DNA from: an uncultured delta proteobacterium
GTDB lineage: Bacteria; Desulfobacterota; Binatia; UBA9968
Direction: 5' to 3'
Assembly (NCBI GenBank): GCA_963755715.1
Contig: CAVWLW010000043.1
Span: 96,001-160,000, forward strand
DNA: 64,000 nucleotides
In this document: positions 21,980 through 32,442 of the stretch, in pieces
Layout: every line of letters starts with the position of its first letter
Position numbering within the stretch: position 1 is the stretch's first letter
Notes under the pieces: model-generated
Told to the model about the DNA's origin: nothing
Databases searched by the model: none
Seen by the model: only the letters and a program-made list of their open reading frames with translations
Program-made: the position numbers and the translations under genes

Positions 21980-24900
21980 TCAAGAAGGGAGCGGGATATA
22001 ATGAGGTAGTGAAAAGGTAAACGTGGAACCTTCACCGGGTTGACTCTCCACGCGAATGTCCCCGTTCATCAATTCAAGATACTTCTTGACGATGTTGAGG
22101 CCAAGACCCACGCCATTAAAATCTCCGGTGTGCGCTTCCTTGATTTGCTCAAAGGCGCTGAAGATTCTATCCATATCCTGCGCTTCGATGCCGATGCCCG
22201 TATCGGCGATGGTAAATTCAACGCGGGCGAGGTCGCGGAGGTTTCTCACTCGCAGGCTGATCTGCCCCTGCGGCGTGAATTTAAAGGCATTGCCGATAAG
22301 ATTTTGTAAAATTTCTTCCAGCTTCGTTGCGTCGGTAACAATCGCGGGGAGTTCCGGTTCAACATCCCAACAAACCTGCAAACGATTCTGCCGGTTCAGT
22401 TGCTCGATCTGGCTTTGTGCATGAGCAACAACTTCGTTGATGTCGACGGTTGCCAACTCCATCGACATCTTCTTTGCATCCAGCCGCGACAAGGCCAATA
22501 CATCGTTCACCATTCTCAAGAGAAACTGCGAATGGTGGCGAATCTGCGTCATGGATCTTTTTTGTTCAGGATTGATATCGCCGAAGAAACCTTCGCCGGT
22601 TAGCTCCGCGTTGCCCATGATCACGTTCAATGGGGTTCGAAGCTCATGGGACATGGCTGAAATAAACTCGGACTTGGCCCGGTTAGCCTCCTCCAGTTCC
22701 TGATTCATCTGTCCCAGCTCAGCGGTTTTCTGGTTCACCTGGGTGAAGAGCCGCGCGTTTGCCGCGGCGACGCCGATTTCCTGGGCTATGGATTCGATGA
22801 GCTGTAATTCATCGGGAGCAAAGTGTCGTTTGGTTTTGTTGGCGAGGTGCAACACGCCAATGGCTTTGTCATTCGCCTTGATCGGGAACCCGGCTGCACT
22901 GGCAAATCCCAGAGAGAGTATCTTACGCCGGGAACTGATCTGTTTGTATTGCACATCATTCGGAAAATCCTCGAAAACCAATCGCTCGCCCGTCTGAAAA
23001 ATTGTGCCGGTGATTCCCGCGGACAACTCTCGCGTATTCATAGAGTGCGCAAGCTCTTCGCTCAGACCCTGGTGAGCCTGGAGACGCAATTTCCCTTCGG
23101 AGGAGTCCAGGATATAAATCCAGCTCGCGTCGAAGTTGAGCGCCTCAATCATTTTTTCGATGGCCTGTTTCAAGACCACGTCGAGATCCAAAGACTGGCT
23201 CACCGCCGTGCCGATTGTGTTCAGGACCGAGAGCTGCTGCAACCTCGTTTCCGATTGGCGGAATAGACCCGCCTTTTCGACAGCCACGGCAAGTTGTTCG
23301 GACATGGAGGTAAGCAAGCGGATTTCATCGCTCGTCAATTTTCGCGGAGAGTGCGCGTTAAAAAGTATCGCGCCAAAGATACGAGAGTGGGTCTTGATCG
23401 GGAAGACCGCGAAAAAGCTCAGCTCGGCGTTACGCGTGGCTTTAGTCGTGCTCAGCGCAGCATATCGGAGGTCCGTGCGGATATCTTCGAATATCATGGG
23501 CTCGCCGGATGCTGCGACGCTGCCGATGACTCCCTGCCCGAGTTTGAAGGTGCGTACCCGAGTCTTATATTTCGGGTCGACTTCAAACGAGGCGCGCAAC
23601 TCCAACTCTTCCGTGTCGTCGTTAAAAAGAAATACCCGCGTGCTGTCAAAACTGAATATCTCTGTGATCTTAGCGATCACTGCGTCCGCGATGTCCTTCG
23701 GAGCCAAGGATTGGTTTACCGCCGTGGTGACTTCGTAGAGCGCCGTTATCTCTTTTGTCCGTTGTTCTACTTTCTGTTCTAGAGTCGCATAGGAGTTTTG
23801 GAGAGCGTCGGTCATCTTGTTAAATTCACCCGCCAACTCCTCGATCTCGTCGCCGGTCCTAATATGGGCTCTGTGTTCAAGGTTGCCGGCGCCGATCGTT
23901 GCCACGTCCTGCCCGAGTTCTTGTATCGGTCTAGTAATCTTTTGGCTGACCCAAGCAATGATAGCGGCTCCGATGAGCAGACCCACCACCAGGAACAACA
24001 ACGCTGAGCGCTTTAATATTTCCACGTTGGCTAACGCTGCATCGACGGGCTCCTCCAGGATAATCGACCAGCCCAATTCAGGTACCGGCGCATAGGTGAC
24101 TAATACGGGGTTGCCCATCAATCCCGTCCCTTCATGGGCGGGAGCGGGATCCGGACGCGTAGGGTTGCGTAAAAATTTTTTGACTCCGTCAAGTTGTCGG
24201 AGGTTCATCCGCTTTAATACCAGCGTGGCATCTTTATGGGCGATTAGATTTCCATGCTCGTCCACCAAGTAGGCGTATCCAGAGGTGCCGAAACGAATCT
24301 TTCCAAGCACTTCCCAGAGAAACGAGAGATCGGCTTCGGCCGAAACCACCCCGGCAATGCTCTGTGCGGCGCCCCACAGCGGGATCGCCAGTGTGACGTA
24401 CGGCTGGGCTCGGTTCGAAGTGTAGACCGGGCTTATATAATCCTCTCCCTTAAGCGCTTTGATGAATTTGGGCGATTTACTTTGATCGGTTAGATCGGAG
24501 GGAAAATAAACTTTTCTGTCGGATACCTTCAGGACCTCCATACCTTGCGAGTCGATAATGGATGCATCGGAGAAGCTGCTGTCGTTTTTGACCACGAGAC
24601 CGAGGAGTAACTGTTGCTCCTTGCTTCCCAATTGATAAAGACTTAAGGCGTCGGCGGTATCTGAAAACCGCTCGATCTTTCGTCGCACAAAGTTGCGAAT
24701 TCCCTCTGCGGTGACCGAAGCCAGCTCCGACTGCAACGCGGCAGCGTCTTGCCGGATCTGTCTCACCATATAAAAATAGCCGGCGACAACGACAACCAAC
24801 AGGGCAATCCCAAAAAGGCTGAGGCCCCACATCAGGAGGCGACGCCGGATACCGCCGCCACGAAAAGGACCTAGTATTTTTTGCCAAAAATCCCGCATGA

Positions 24901-25009
24901 CCCATGGGATTGCGTTGTGCGCCGTCGGCACAATGTCGGTGGGGAGCCCAACTCGCCACGGTATTGCTGACTTGGAGGCGGAGCGGTCTTGGTTCTTAAT
25001 CTCACTCAT
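21980..25009 (-). CDS. Sensor histidine kinase (dCache-HAMP-GAF-GAF-HisKA-HATPase)
   Basis: Two TMs around a Cache-like region (GYAYLVDEHGNLIAH), HAMP (DEIEELAGEFNKM), SHELRTPL, NLIGNAFKFT, DTGIGI, GLGLNI. Confidence 0.92.
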   Translation of the reverse strand: MSEIKNQDRSASKSAIPWRVGLPTDIVPTAHNAIPWVMRDFWQKILGPFRGGGIRRRLLMWGLSLFGIALLVVVVAGYFYMVRQIRQDAAALQSELASVTAEGIRNFVRRKIERFSDTADALSLYQLGSKEQQLLLGLVVKNDSSFSDASIIDSQGMEVLKVSDRKVYFPSDLTDQSKSPKFIKALKGEDYISPVYTSNRAQPYVTLAIPLWGAAQSIAGVVSAEADLSFLWEVLGKIRFGTSGYAYLVDEHGNLIAHKDATLVLKRMNLRQLDGVKKFLRNPTRPDPAPAHEGTGLMGNPVLVTYAPVPELGWSIILEEPVDAALANVEILKRSALLFLVVGLLIGAAIIAWVSQKITRPIQELGQDVATIGAGNLEHRAHIRTGDEIEELAGEFNKMTDALQNSYATLEQKVEQRTKEITALYEVTTAVNQSLAPKDIADAVIAKITEIFSFDSTRVFLFNDDTEELELRASFEVDPKYKTRVRTFKLGQGVIGSVAASGEPMIFEDIRTDLRYAALSTTKATRNAELSFFAVFPIKTHSRIFGAILFNAHSPRKLTSDEIRLLTSMSEQLAVAVEKAGLFRQSETRLQQLSVLNTIGTAVSQSLDLDVVLKQAIEKMIEALNFDASWIYILDSSEGKLRLQAHQGLSEELAHSMNTRELSAGITGTIFQTGERLVFEDFPNDVQYKQISSRRKILSLGFASAAGFPIKANDKAIGVLHLANKTKRHFAPDELQLIESIAQEIGVAAANARLFTQVNQKTAELGQMNQELEEANRAKSEFISAMSHELRTPLNVIMGNAELTGEGFFGDINPEQKRSMTQIRHHSQFLLRMVNDVLALSRLDAKKMSMELATVDINEVVAHAQSQIEQLNRQNRLQVCWDVEPELPAIVTDATKLEEILQNLIGNAFKFTPQGQISLRVRNLRDLARVEFTIADTGIGIEAQDMDRIFSAFEQIKEAHTGDFNGVGLGLNIVKKYLELMNGDIRVESQPGEGSTFTFSLPHYIPLPS

Positions 25010-25139
25010 TAATTCCGGTCCGCCACTTTTAGTTTTTTCTTCCTATCTCCAATCACTAAACGCCAGACTCAGCTATCGCCCATCCTTGGGGCAAAATCGT
25101 AAATTGTCTTAGGTTGCTATTCCCAAGGAATTCCCACAA

Positions 25140-25156
25140 CGCAGGAATTATGCCAC
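25140..25156 (-). promoter_or_regulatory. Sigma-54 (-24/-12) promoter for the histidine kinase
   Basis: Minus strand TGGCATAATTCCTGCG fits GG-N10-GC, about 130 bp upstream of the start. Confidence 0.6.
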
Positions 25157-25575
25157 GTTTTTCAGGCCAATCTATACAACCGCAAGTAGTCTGTTTTTAA
25201 AAGGATTATTGTGCTTGCTTTAGAAAAATCAGGTGCTGTTGAGGCCGAAAACGTCACTTGTGCCGAAAATGAACAGATTTGTCGCTATTTCAAATGGCGT
25301 TTAGAGATATTAGGTCAATGGAACTGAAAGCCCAGGATGCATAATGTGCCAATAACTTAATCCCTGGGCGCCCATTTGTTGCAAACAATCTTCTAAACAC
25401 AACAAAGGTTCGTATGGCGATTTTGAGCCGACAGCGAGTTTAGGTCAAAGTCGCTGAAGCCGAAGGTTGCGTGCTCAAAGTCAAGACAACCTTGTTCGCC
25501 GTAGAGCAGCAATGAAAATCGGCTCCGCAATGCCGCGTGGTGAGATGCGCGGATTCGTTGCGGTAAAGTGCCCGG

Positions 25576-26566
25576 CTACTTGATTACCTTATCTGCCTGG
25601 ACGAGAACGTGCTGTGGTATCACAACACCAAGTTCCTTGGAGGTTTTAAGGTTGACGAAAATTTCGAATTTTGAGGCAAGCTTCACCGGCAGATCGGCAG
25701 GTTTAGCACCTTTCAAAATTTCGACTGTATACTCGGCGGCGCGTCGATAAAGATCGGATAGGTTCGCTCCGTATGAAATCAGGCCCCCCGCTTCGACGTA
25801 CCGATCTTCTTCGGTCATCGATGGCATTCTATGTTTCGTGACGAGCGGAAATAGTGTTTTCATGTGTTGAGACATCATAGGGTTTCCCACGACGATAACA
25901 GCATCGGTGTTAGCGTTTTAGCACCTTGAAATGCACCGGCGAAATCGGGTGTAGGACCACGTACCTCAAGGGAGCGAAGGTCCAGTTTAAATGCCGTCGC
26001 TGCTGCATTGTACTCTTTAAAGGCGACGGTCGGTCCTGGTGCATCGGCATCCCAAAGGATGGCAATGCGAGACAACTTTGGAAGCAGTTCCTTCAAGAGT
26101 TCTATGCGCTTGGCGCTAATATCTCGGTTAAGCCAAGCAAGGCCCGTAATATTTCCCCCAGGATGCGCAAAGCTTTCTACATATCCAGCAGCGACAGGAT
26201 CAACTGAGCTGATCATTACAATTGGGATGGTCTTGGTGGCTTCTTTCGCGGCCCGGATCACTACGTTATTAACTCCAAGAATAATATCCACTTTCTGTTG
26301 AACAAATTCTTGTACAAAAGGTGCCATCCGATCCAATCGGCCTTCCGCGTAGCGACGTTCAAGAATGATATTCTTTCCCTCGATGTAACCCAGATCCCGC
26401 AACCCTTGCTTGTAGGCTTCGTAAGTGGCGAAGGAGTATCTGGCGTGCCAATGGTAAAGATAGCGCCGATACGTGGAGGGCCTTTAGTTGGCTGTTGTGC
26501 GTTAGACAGAAGGGGCGATGTAAAAAACAATACTAATGTGAGTGATAAAACATGGCTCCGTGTCAT
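25576..26566 (-). CDS. ABC transporter substrate-binding protein (ABC_sub_bind / TrpX-like), frameshifts near 26425 and 25915
   Basis: Signal peptide; GLRDLGYIEGKNI, ATKTIPIV, DPVAAG, HPGGNITG, GGLISYG, ILKGAKPADLPV. Confidence 0.85.
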
Positions 26567-26724
26567 AAACGCAGGCTCCATCCGTCGACGAGGCAAAGGC
26601 CATAACGTGGACGGCCACAGACGTGTGGTCCAACCGGTATAATAACATGCTCCAAAAGTTTTTTGGAGGAAAATTCTTGGCCTTAGCGAGACGTATTTAG
26701 CTTATTCGCGTGAACAAACGGGCT

Positions 26725-27028
26725 CAAGTTGGCACGGACCACGTGCACGTCTTTCTGGGATATCGACCCAACCAGGATGTGCGCCAAATCATGCAATGGC
26801 TCAAGGGGATCACCTCGCGGGTGCTGCGGCAGGAATTTCCGGATCTGCACAAGAGATTTTGGGGACGACTTGGGCACGAGGGTATTTGGCGGTCAGCTCA
26901 GGCAACATCACCGACGAGTTGGTTAAAGAATACATCGAAGAGCAAGAGGGTGAACTGGTCATTAATGATAGTCGATTTCCAATCGCCAGCCTTTAAATCC
27001 CTCGGCTTCCAGCTGAGGGGTTGTTCAA
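26725..27028 (+). mobile_element. tnpA: IS200/IS605-family remnant: 5'-truncated, frameshifted tnpA plus right end
   Basis: HUH motif DHVHVF, LKGITSR, FWG..WARGY, EYIEEQ (YxxxQ); right-end hairpin CCCTCGGCT-TCC-AGCTGAGGG (26999-27019) followed by TTCAA at 27024-27028. Confidence 0.85.
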
Positions 27029-27497
27029 TTTCGTCCGACGCCGATCAAGAGATCGTCTCTGGCTCTGGAACCATCCGCGAAGAAGAGCTCGACGCCGGCG
27101 GCAATTTCCTCAAAGCCCGCGACTCGTCGGTTCAGCCGCACGACGTCCTTTAAACTCTCGTGCTTTGGCGGCGAGCAAATCGTGAAGATCAGCGCGGTGA
27201 AGTTGATTGTATGGCGTGCCGTTCAGCCTCTCATGCTCATCGGCCAGCGAAAACTGGCCGATGACCTCGCTCGTATCATGGAGTCGAAAAACATAAGCGC
27301 CGGCCGAACCGACAGTTTCGCGATCGCGTCGCCAAGACCAGAGAACATGCATCGCATTGGCGCTGAGCTGTATGGCAGCGCCGATCTCGCTCAACTGCGA
27401 CGCCTGCTCGTAAACCTCGACGTCATAGCCCGCCTTCATGAGAAGCCGCTGTTAGCCCGCCAATACCCGCGCCAGCAATCAGAATCTTTTTGATCAT
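27029..27497 (-). pseudogene. FAD-dependent monooxygenase (salicylate hydroxylase-like), N-terminal remnant
   Basis: MIKKILIAGAGIGGLTAA, YEQA..LSEIGAAIQLSANA, HRADLH; ends at a degenerate LLIGADGI motif at the IS end; several indels. Confidence 0.8.
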
Positions 27498-27808
27498 GAA
27501 AATAAATAAGTCATTGTGAGATAAATTGGTCCTAGGCTGAGAAACGCCACATTGTTCTGTTCGACAAAATACCCAACAAAATTAGGCGCGGAGAACGGCA
27601 AGAGCTTGTCGACCGCTCTCGAAAGGAAACGCATAACAGAATGGAGAAAAGGAAGATCGAAGCCATTTGAGTGCACACATGGCGAGCCGATGGATAACGA
27701 TTGTTTTCAGGATCAGAACTTTATTGTGGACTACTGTCGCCTTGATAGAGTTGGCCAATTCTACGGGGTAAAAGCGTCAGAGCATCGAGATGAGATGTCC
27801 TCATTAGT

Positions 27809-28540
27809 TTATGGATTCATGTTGGCATTGTGGGCGGTGGTAGCTGGTTCGAACGTGTAACCAAACCGTTCGATCACCGCACGGTCTTGGAGTGAGACTA
27901 GTTCCGCTAATTCGGGTGTGTAATAGCTTGAGTAATGCGAGTGATCAGCGGTGTTCTTTTTTTCGGACTCAAGTATGTGGGCTCGAATCTCATCACTCGC
28001 CGCACCGATCCGTTCTAGAAAGTGGATCAAGTCCGCTCGTAAACGTTCCTGCCGGCAGAAAAACAGTTCGTCAGCGTTTCCGAACAGGTGATTGAATCGG
28101 AAAGTGTAATATCCCACGCCAGTACCACGAATTTTCCGCAGCGCGTCTTTAGTAATGTTAGGAATATTTCTCTTACGATAGTCGACCTCGTCGGGCAGTT
28201 TCTCAATAAGAGCGTCGAGCCGGTCGTTATCGGTACCAAGATTTAAAGCGTTGCGCGTCGCGCCTTCGAATTGCTGCTTGCCATTTTCGGATAGCCATGA
28301 ATGCAGCGGAGTTGCGCCGTCCCTAGGCCAGACATGATAATACCAAGAAACATAAAATTCCCAAGGATTGCGCACCGCACCAAGTACCGGCAGGTGGGAG
28401 TATTCATTCGGTAACAAGAATCTCGGCAGGTGGTAGCCGATCTCTCGCGCTGACGGAAAAAATCTCATGATTACGTCTGTGATAAATGTCCCACCGGTTC
28501 TTGGGAAATGCACAAACACAAACTTGTCGGTGACGATCAT
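27809..28540 (-). CDS. Sulfotransferase family 2-like protein
   Basis: FVFVHFPRTGGTFI (5'-PSB-like), VRNPWEFYVSWY (3'-PB-like), C-terminal YYTPEL...D...IERFGY. Confidence 0.75.
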   Translation of the reverse strand: MIVTDKFVFVHFPRTGGTFITDVIMRFFPSAREIGYHLPRFLLPNEYSHLPVLGAVRNPWEFYVSWYYHVWPRDGATPLHSWLSENGKQQFEGATRNALNLGTDNDRLDALIEKLPDEVDYRKRNIPNITKDALRKIRGTGVGYYTFRFNHLFGNADELFFCRQERLRADLIHFLERIGAASDEIRAHILESEKKNTADHSHYSSYYTPELAELVSLQDRAVIERFGYTFEPATTAHNANMNP

Positions 28541-28603
28541 CTTCTGTCCGCCAATTTCCTAGACTGAATATCGCGGCATCATTACCTATTTGGAAAATCG
28601 CCG

Positions 28604-29419
28604 CTACAAAGCTTCCTGGCGAGGGTATTTCCGCGGATTTGATTTTTGGGCTAGCGGGTCCAGGGCTGCATCGAGAGTCGCCGAAATTTTCGCATTGAAC
28701 GAACGACGCACAGCAATTCCCAGGTTAGGCGCAGACGGCAATCGGAAAATGGAGAAAGGAATTTTTTGACGGATGGCCGTTTCAATCATGGCTTTCTGCA
28801 GCAAAGAGTTTCGCTTCACGAAGTTTTGAAACCCCTCCCGTTCGAGAATGTGTTGTTGGAATTTCTGCCAGGCGGCGCCCCGCTCCGGATGGGAGCTTCG
28901 GGATTCAATTTCACTGTCCATCAGTTGCAAGATAAATACATGCGTAGGCAACGTTCGCAATGTTTTGAGAACGATGTTGTACTCACGCTCCAATTTAGGC
29001 TGTTCGGTAACTCCCATAGTATATGTCGATAAATGGAATCGGTTGAGTAAGAAAACTGCCTTGTCGTCGCGTTCGAGTGTCACTGCAACGTAGTCCAGGA
29101 AGTTTCTCATCAGTCGAACTTGCAGTTTGAAAATGTCTTTGATCGGACGTTGATTCCATGACAGCAATAGCTCGCCTTCGGAATAGTCATATACATTTCG
29201 GCCCTCAAGCTTCTTTTTTAAATACGTCTGAAACGTGTCTTTGCCAGAGCCTGAAATTCCTTCGACAATGAGAACGCGAGAATCTAATGCATTTCTCTCC
29301 AGGAAGTAGGAATCTGAATTCTGCAGCTGCCGGAGAAGGTTTCTATGTTCCGGGGCCACTTCCGGCAGCGGCGGTTGTTCTGATGGGGCAAGTTTATCGA
29401 TTATCATTGTTTTTATCAT
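28604..29419 (-). CDS. P-loop NMP-kinase-like protein (thymidylate/deoxynucleoside kinase fold)
   Basis: VLIVEGISGSGKDT Walker A; LLNRFHLS resembles the DRxxxS motif. Confidence 0.65.
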   Translation of the reverse strand: MIKTMIIDKLAPSEQPPLPEVAPEHRNLLRQLQNSDSYFLERNALDSRVLIVEGISGSGKDTFQTYLKKKLEGRNVYDYSEGELLLSWNQRPIKDIFKLQVRLMRNFLDYVAVTLERDDKAVFLLNRFHLSTYTMGVTEQPKLEREYNIVLKTLRTLPTHVFILQLMDSEIESRSSHPERGAAWQKFQQHILEREGFQNFVKRNSLLQKAMIETAIRQKIPFSIFRLPSAPNLGIAVRRSFNAKISATLDAALDPLAQKSNPRKYPRQEAL

Positions 29420-30105
29420 CTTCCCGTCAAGAAAATCACGCCCAAATCAACTCGTTCCCGGTTCATTACAAGAATTTATTACACAAGAGTTAACTTGTAC
29501 CTAACGCATAATGCCACATACTGTCAAACTACTGCGAATATTTACAAAGAGCGTCGTTGTTGTTTACGGCAAGTCAAAAAAGGCACTGTCAATTTACCGG
29601 CTATTTTTCTCCCTTAACCGTATTCGGAAGGACGCCGAAGCAATATTAGGACCGTATGGTAAGCAAGAGGAGTTTTTCGCGTATTATCAGGATCTTACGT
29701 TTGGCGAGAAGGCTAAAGACGGCTAACTTTGTCAATCCTGCCAAAATTGGCGCATAATTAATGACAAATTGACAATTTTTTCCGTGGCGCGATGGCACAT
29801 GAATTAGGCGCGTTATGACAACTCATTTCTCGCGCAGTTTGCCCGAGCAGTCAGCTGTCTCCGGCATATTTCGTCCAAGCCCTGTCAAGGCGATCCCTAA
29901 AACCAGTTCTGCAATCGAAGTTAAAACTTCAATGCGCAATCCGGGATTGAGTGCTTCGAAACTTGTAGAAATTCGTTCTGCCTGATCCTGAGAAAAATTG
30001 GTTGCTTTCGTTCCGGCGCTTGAAGAGATAAGGGAAAATGACGTAGCTTAGCTCGGAAACCGATTCGCACGACTCGGTGAAGTTCATGTCCAGAGGAGGA
30101 TCGCA

Positions 30106-30498
30106 ATGCTAAAGACTCACGGTGTGCTGCACTTCAGTTTGCCGGTGACGGATCTGGATCGGAGCCGAAAATTTTACGAAGGGCTACTCGGCATGAAAGT
30201 CGTCGAACAGTCGGCGCGCATGGTCTTTTTACAGACCGGTGATGATTACCTCATTTTAGCAAAGGGGAGCGAGTCGCTAAAATACGACTCGCCGCAAAGT
30301 ACGCCGGTGCATCATGCGTTCAAGGTAAAACCAGAGGATTTCGAGCCGTCGATCGATGAGCTACGCAAGAACGGCGTCGAAGTTTTTAATATCGAAGATC
30401 GTAATCAGGGCGTTTTCTGGGGACCGCAGGCGTACTTTCTCGATCCGGATGGAAACAAGCTAGAAATTTATGCGGGACCTGGGGCGAAGAAGAATTAA
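30106..30498 (+). CDS. VOC / glyoxalase family protein
   Basis: HFSLPVTDLDRSRKFY, HHAF, YFLDPDGNKLE. Confidence 0.9.
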   Translation: MLKTHGVLHFSLPVTDLDRSRKFYEGLLGMKVVEQSARMVFLQTGDDYLILAKGSESLKYDSPQSTPVHHAFKVKPEDFEPSIDELRKNGVEVFNIEDRNQGVFWGPQAYFLDPDGNKLEIYAGPGAKKN

Positions 30499-30529
30499 AA
30501 AAAAATTGTGTGTGTCCTGACGCGTTGGT

Positions 30530-30562
30530 GGAGAAAGATTTCTCCCTTGGGTCGAAATGACA
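30530..30562. repeat. REP-like intergenic element
   Basis: GGAGAAAGATTTCTCCCTTGGGTCGAAATGACA; a partial similar copy sits at about 40065-40082. Confidence 0.45.
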
Positions 30563-30600
30563 TTTTGCGCTCGGTTCAGTGACATTCAGCAAGTGTCATC

Positions 30601-30632
30601 ATGTTGGGGGCGGTTTCCCGCCGCCCCCACAT
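30601..30632 (-). terminator. Hairpin terminator between convergent genes
   Basis: GGGGGCGG-TTTCCCG-CCGCCCCC stem. Confidence 0.65.
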
Positions 30633-30663
30633 CGTTCCGTTTGTAAATTTTTCTTATTTGCTT

Positions 30664-31479
30664 TTACTTTGTCGCGCGGGTGGCGCTCCACTTAGCACCG
30701 CCGGCCGTGCCTTCGATTGAATTGCCGTTGACTTGCCCCGTGTATTGCGTGCCGCCGGCATTAAAACTGATCTCAGAACCGTGCAGCTTGCCGGTGATTG
30801 GCGTAGCTGCGTTGCCATTCTTGAGCGTGCCGCTGATCGTCTGAAAAGTTTGTTTGAGTGCCAGCTCGCCGTTCGCGAGCTTCCACGTGCCTTCTACTTT
30901 CGCCGGGACGATCCATAAATGCGCCGTGCACCAGTTCGTACAGCCTTCAACCGTGGCGGTTTCGTCGTCTTTCCAGTCGTCCATATCGAAGGTGTTCGAG
31001 ACGATACGCGTACCGGGCTTTAGATTCAAAATCTTCGGGCGCAGTTTTACGTTGATGCTCGGCAGGAGAAACATCGTAATCACTTGCGCCTGCGAGAAGT
31101 CGCTTTCGAACAGATCCGCTTTCCGAAAGCTAGCCTTATCGCTCACGCCTTCTTTGGCGGCGTTGCGCTTCGATAGCTCTACCATCTCCGGATTATATTC
31201 GATGCCGAGGGCTTTCGAGCCCCGCTTGGCCGCGGTAATGACCGTGCGGCCATCGCCTGAGCCGAGATCGATCAGATAATCTTGCGGCGTGAGCTTGGCC
31301 ATATCGAGCATCTTGTCCACCAACGCTTGCGGCGTCGGCACCCACACAACGTCTTTACCGGCCTGGCCAACCTCGGGCTGGTATTCCTTGGCGGGTTGCG
31401 CCTGCGCTACACCGCCGGCCAGTGCTGCGCACAACGCAAGTGAGAAAAAAAGCTTAGGCGTAACAAGTGATCGATTCAT
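30664..31479 (-). CDS. Class I SAM-dependent methyltransferase with signal peptide, copy 1
   Basis: DVVWVPTP, IDLGSGDGR, GIEYNP; hydrophobic leader ending AQA. Confidence 0.88.
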   Translation of the reverse strand: MNRSLVTPKLFFSLALCAALAGGVAQAQPAKEYQPEVGQAGKDVVWVPTPQALVDKMLDMAKLTPQDYLIDLGSGDGRTVITAAKRGSKALGIEYNPEMVELSKRNAAKEGVSDKASFRKADLFESDFSQAQVITMFLLPSINVKLRPKILNLKPGTRIVSNTFDMDDWKDDETATVEGCTNWCTAHLWIVPAKVEGTWKLANGELALKQTFQTISGTLKNGNAATPITGKLHGSEISFNAGGTQYTGQVNGNSIEGTAGGAKWSATRATK

Positions 31480-31632
31480 AAAACTTCTCCTCCAAATCTA
31501 GTGTGATGGCTATTGTTATAGCAAGCCCGCGAGGCGGACGGGAGGGGGTTCAGGTAAAAAATCCGCTAATGTGAGAAACGAAACCCGAGCGTCGAGCTCG
31601 GGCCCAGTTTTTTTGCGTGATTGTCTTTCGAT

Positions 31633-32442
31633 TTATTGTGCAGCGCGTGTCGCGCTCCATTTGTTTCCGCCGACCGTGCCTTCCATCGCGTTGCCATTGA
31701 CTCGGCCAGTGTACGACGCATTGCCGGCGCTAAAGGAAATCTGATCGCCGTTGAGCTTGCCATTGACGGGTGTCGTGGCGTTGGCGGACTTGAGCGTGCC
31801 GGTAATCATCTGAAAGCTCTGCTTGATCGTTAGCTCGCCCTGCGGCAGTTTCCACGTTCCTTCGGTCTTGGCCGGCACGATCCACAAATGGGCGGTGCAC
31901 CAGGAGTTGCACCCGGGCAAATTGGCGGTCTCGTCCGGTTTCCACTCGCCCATATCGAAAGTGTTCGAGACGATGCGCGTACCGGGTTTGAGTTCGAGGA
32001 TTTTCGGGCGCAGTTTCATGTTGATGCTGGAAAGCAAGAACATGGTAATCACTTGAGCCTGGGAAAAGTCGCTTTCAAACAGATCGGCTTTCATGAAACT
32101 CGCTTTATCGCTCACGCCTTCTTTGGCGGCGTTGCGTTTCGACAACTCCACCATGTCCGGATTGTATTCGATGCCGAGCGCTTTCGAGCCGCGCTTGGCG
32201 GCCGTGATAACGGTGCGGCCATCGCCGGAGCCAAGATCGATGACGTAATCTTTGGGCGTAACCTTGGCCATGTCGAGCATTTTGTCGACTAAAGCCTGCG
32301 GCGTCGGTACCCAGATCACGTCTTTGCCTTCTTGGCCGACCGAAGGCTGGTAGTCCGTCGCCGGCTGCGCGGACGCTGGGTAGTCAAGCAAAGGTAGGCA
32401 CAGCGTAATCAATAAGAAACCGATGAATGCTGGTTTGAACAT
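31633..32442 (-). CDS. Class I SAM-dependent methyltransferase with signal peptide, copy 2
   Basis: Core nearly identical to copy 1; ATG 32442 with GGAGG RBS; leader ending ASA. Confidence 0.88.
   Translation of the reverse strand: MFKPAFIGFLLITLCLPLLDYPASAQPATDYQPSVGQEGKDVIWVPTPQALVDKMLDMAKVTPKDYVIDLGSGDGRTVITAAKRGSKALGIEYNPDMVELSKRNAAKEGVSDKASFMKADLFESDFSQAQVITMFLLSSINMKLRPKILELKPGTRIVSNTFDMGEWKPDETANLPGCNSWCTAHLWIVPAKTEGTWKLPQGELTIKQSFQMITGTLKSANATTPVNGKLNGDQISFSAGNASYTGRVNGNAMEGTVGGNKWSATRAAQ

Noticed and set aside
25338-25352. TTGGCAC...TGCA as another sigma-54 promoter
   Set aside because: GG-to-GC spacing is 8 nt, not the required 10
26996-27030. tnpB or omega-RNA associated with the IS200 tnpA
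   Set aside because: The right-end hairpin follows the tnpA stop immediately, leaving no room for tnpB
29500-29516. TGGCAT upstream of the kinase-like gene as a sigma-54 promoter
   Set aside because: No GC at the -12 position
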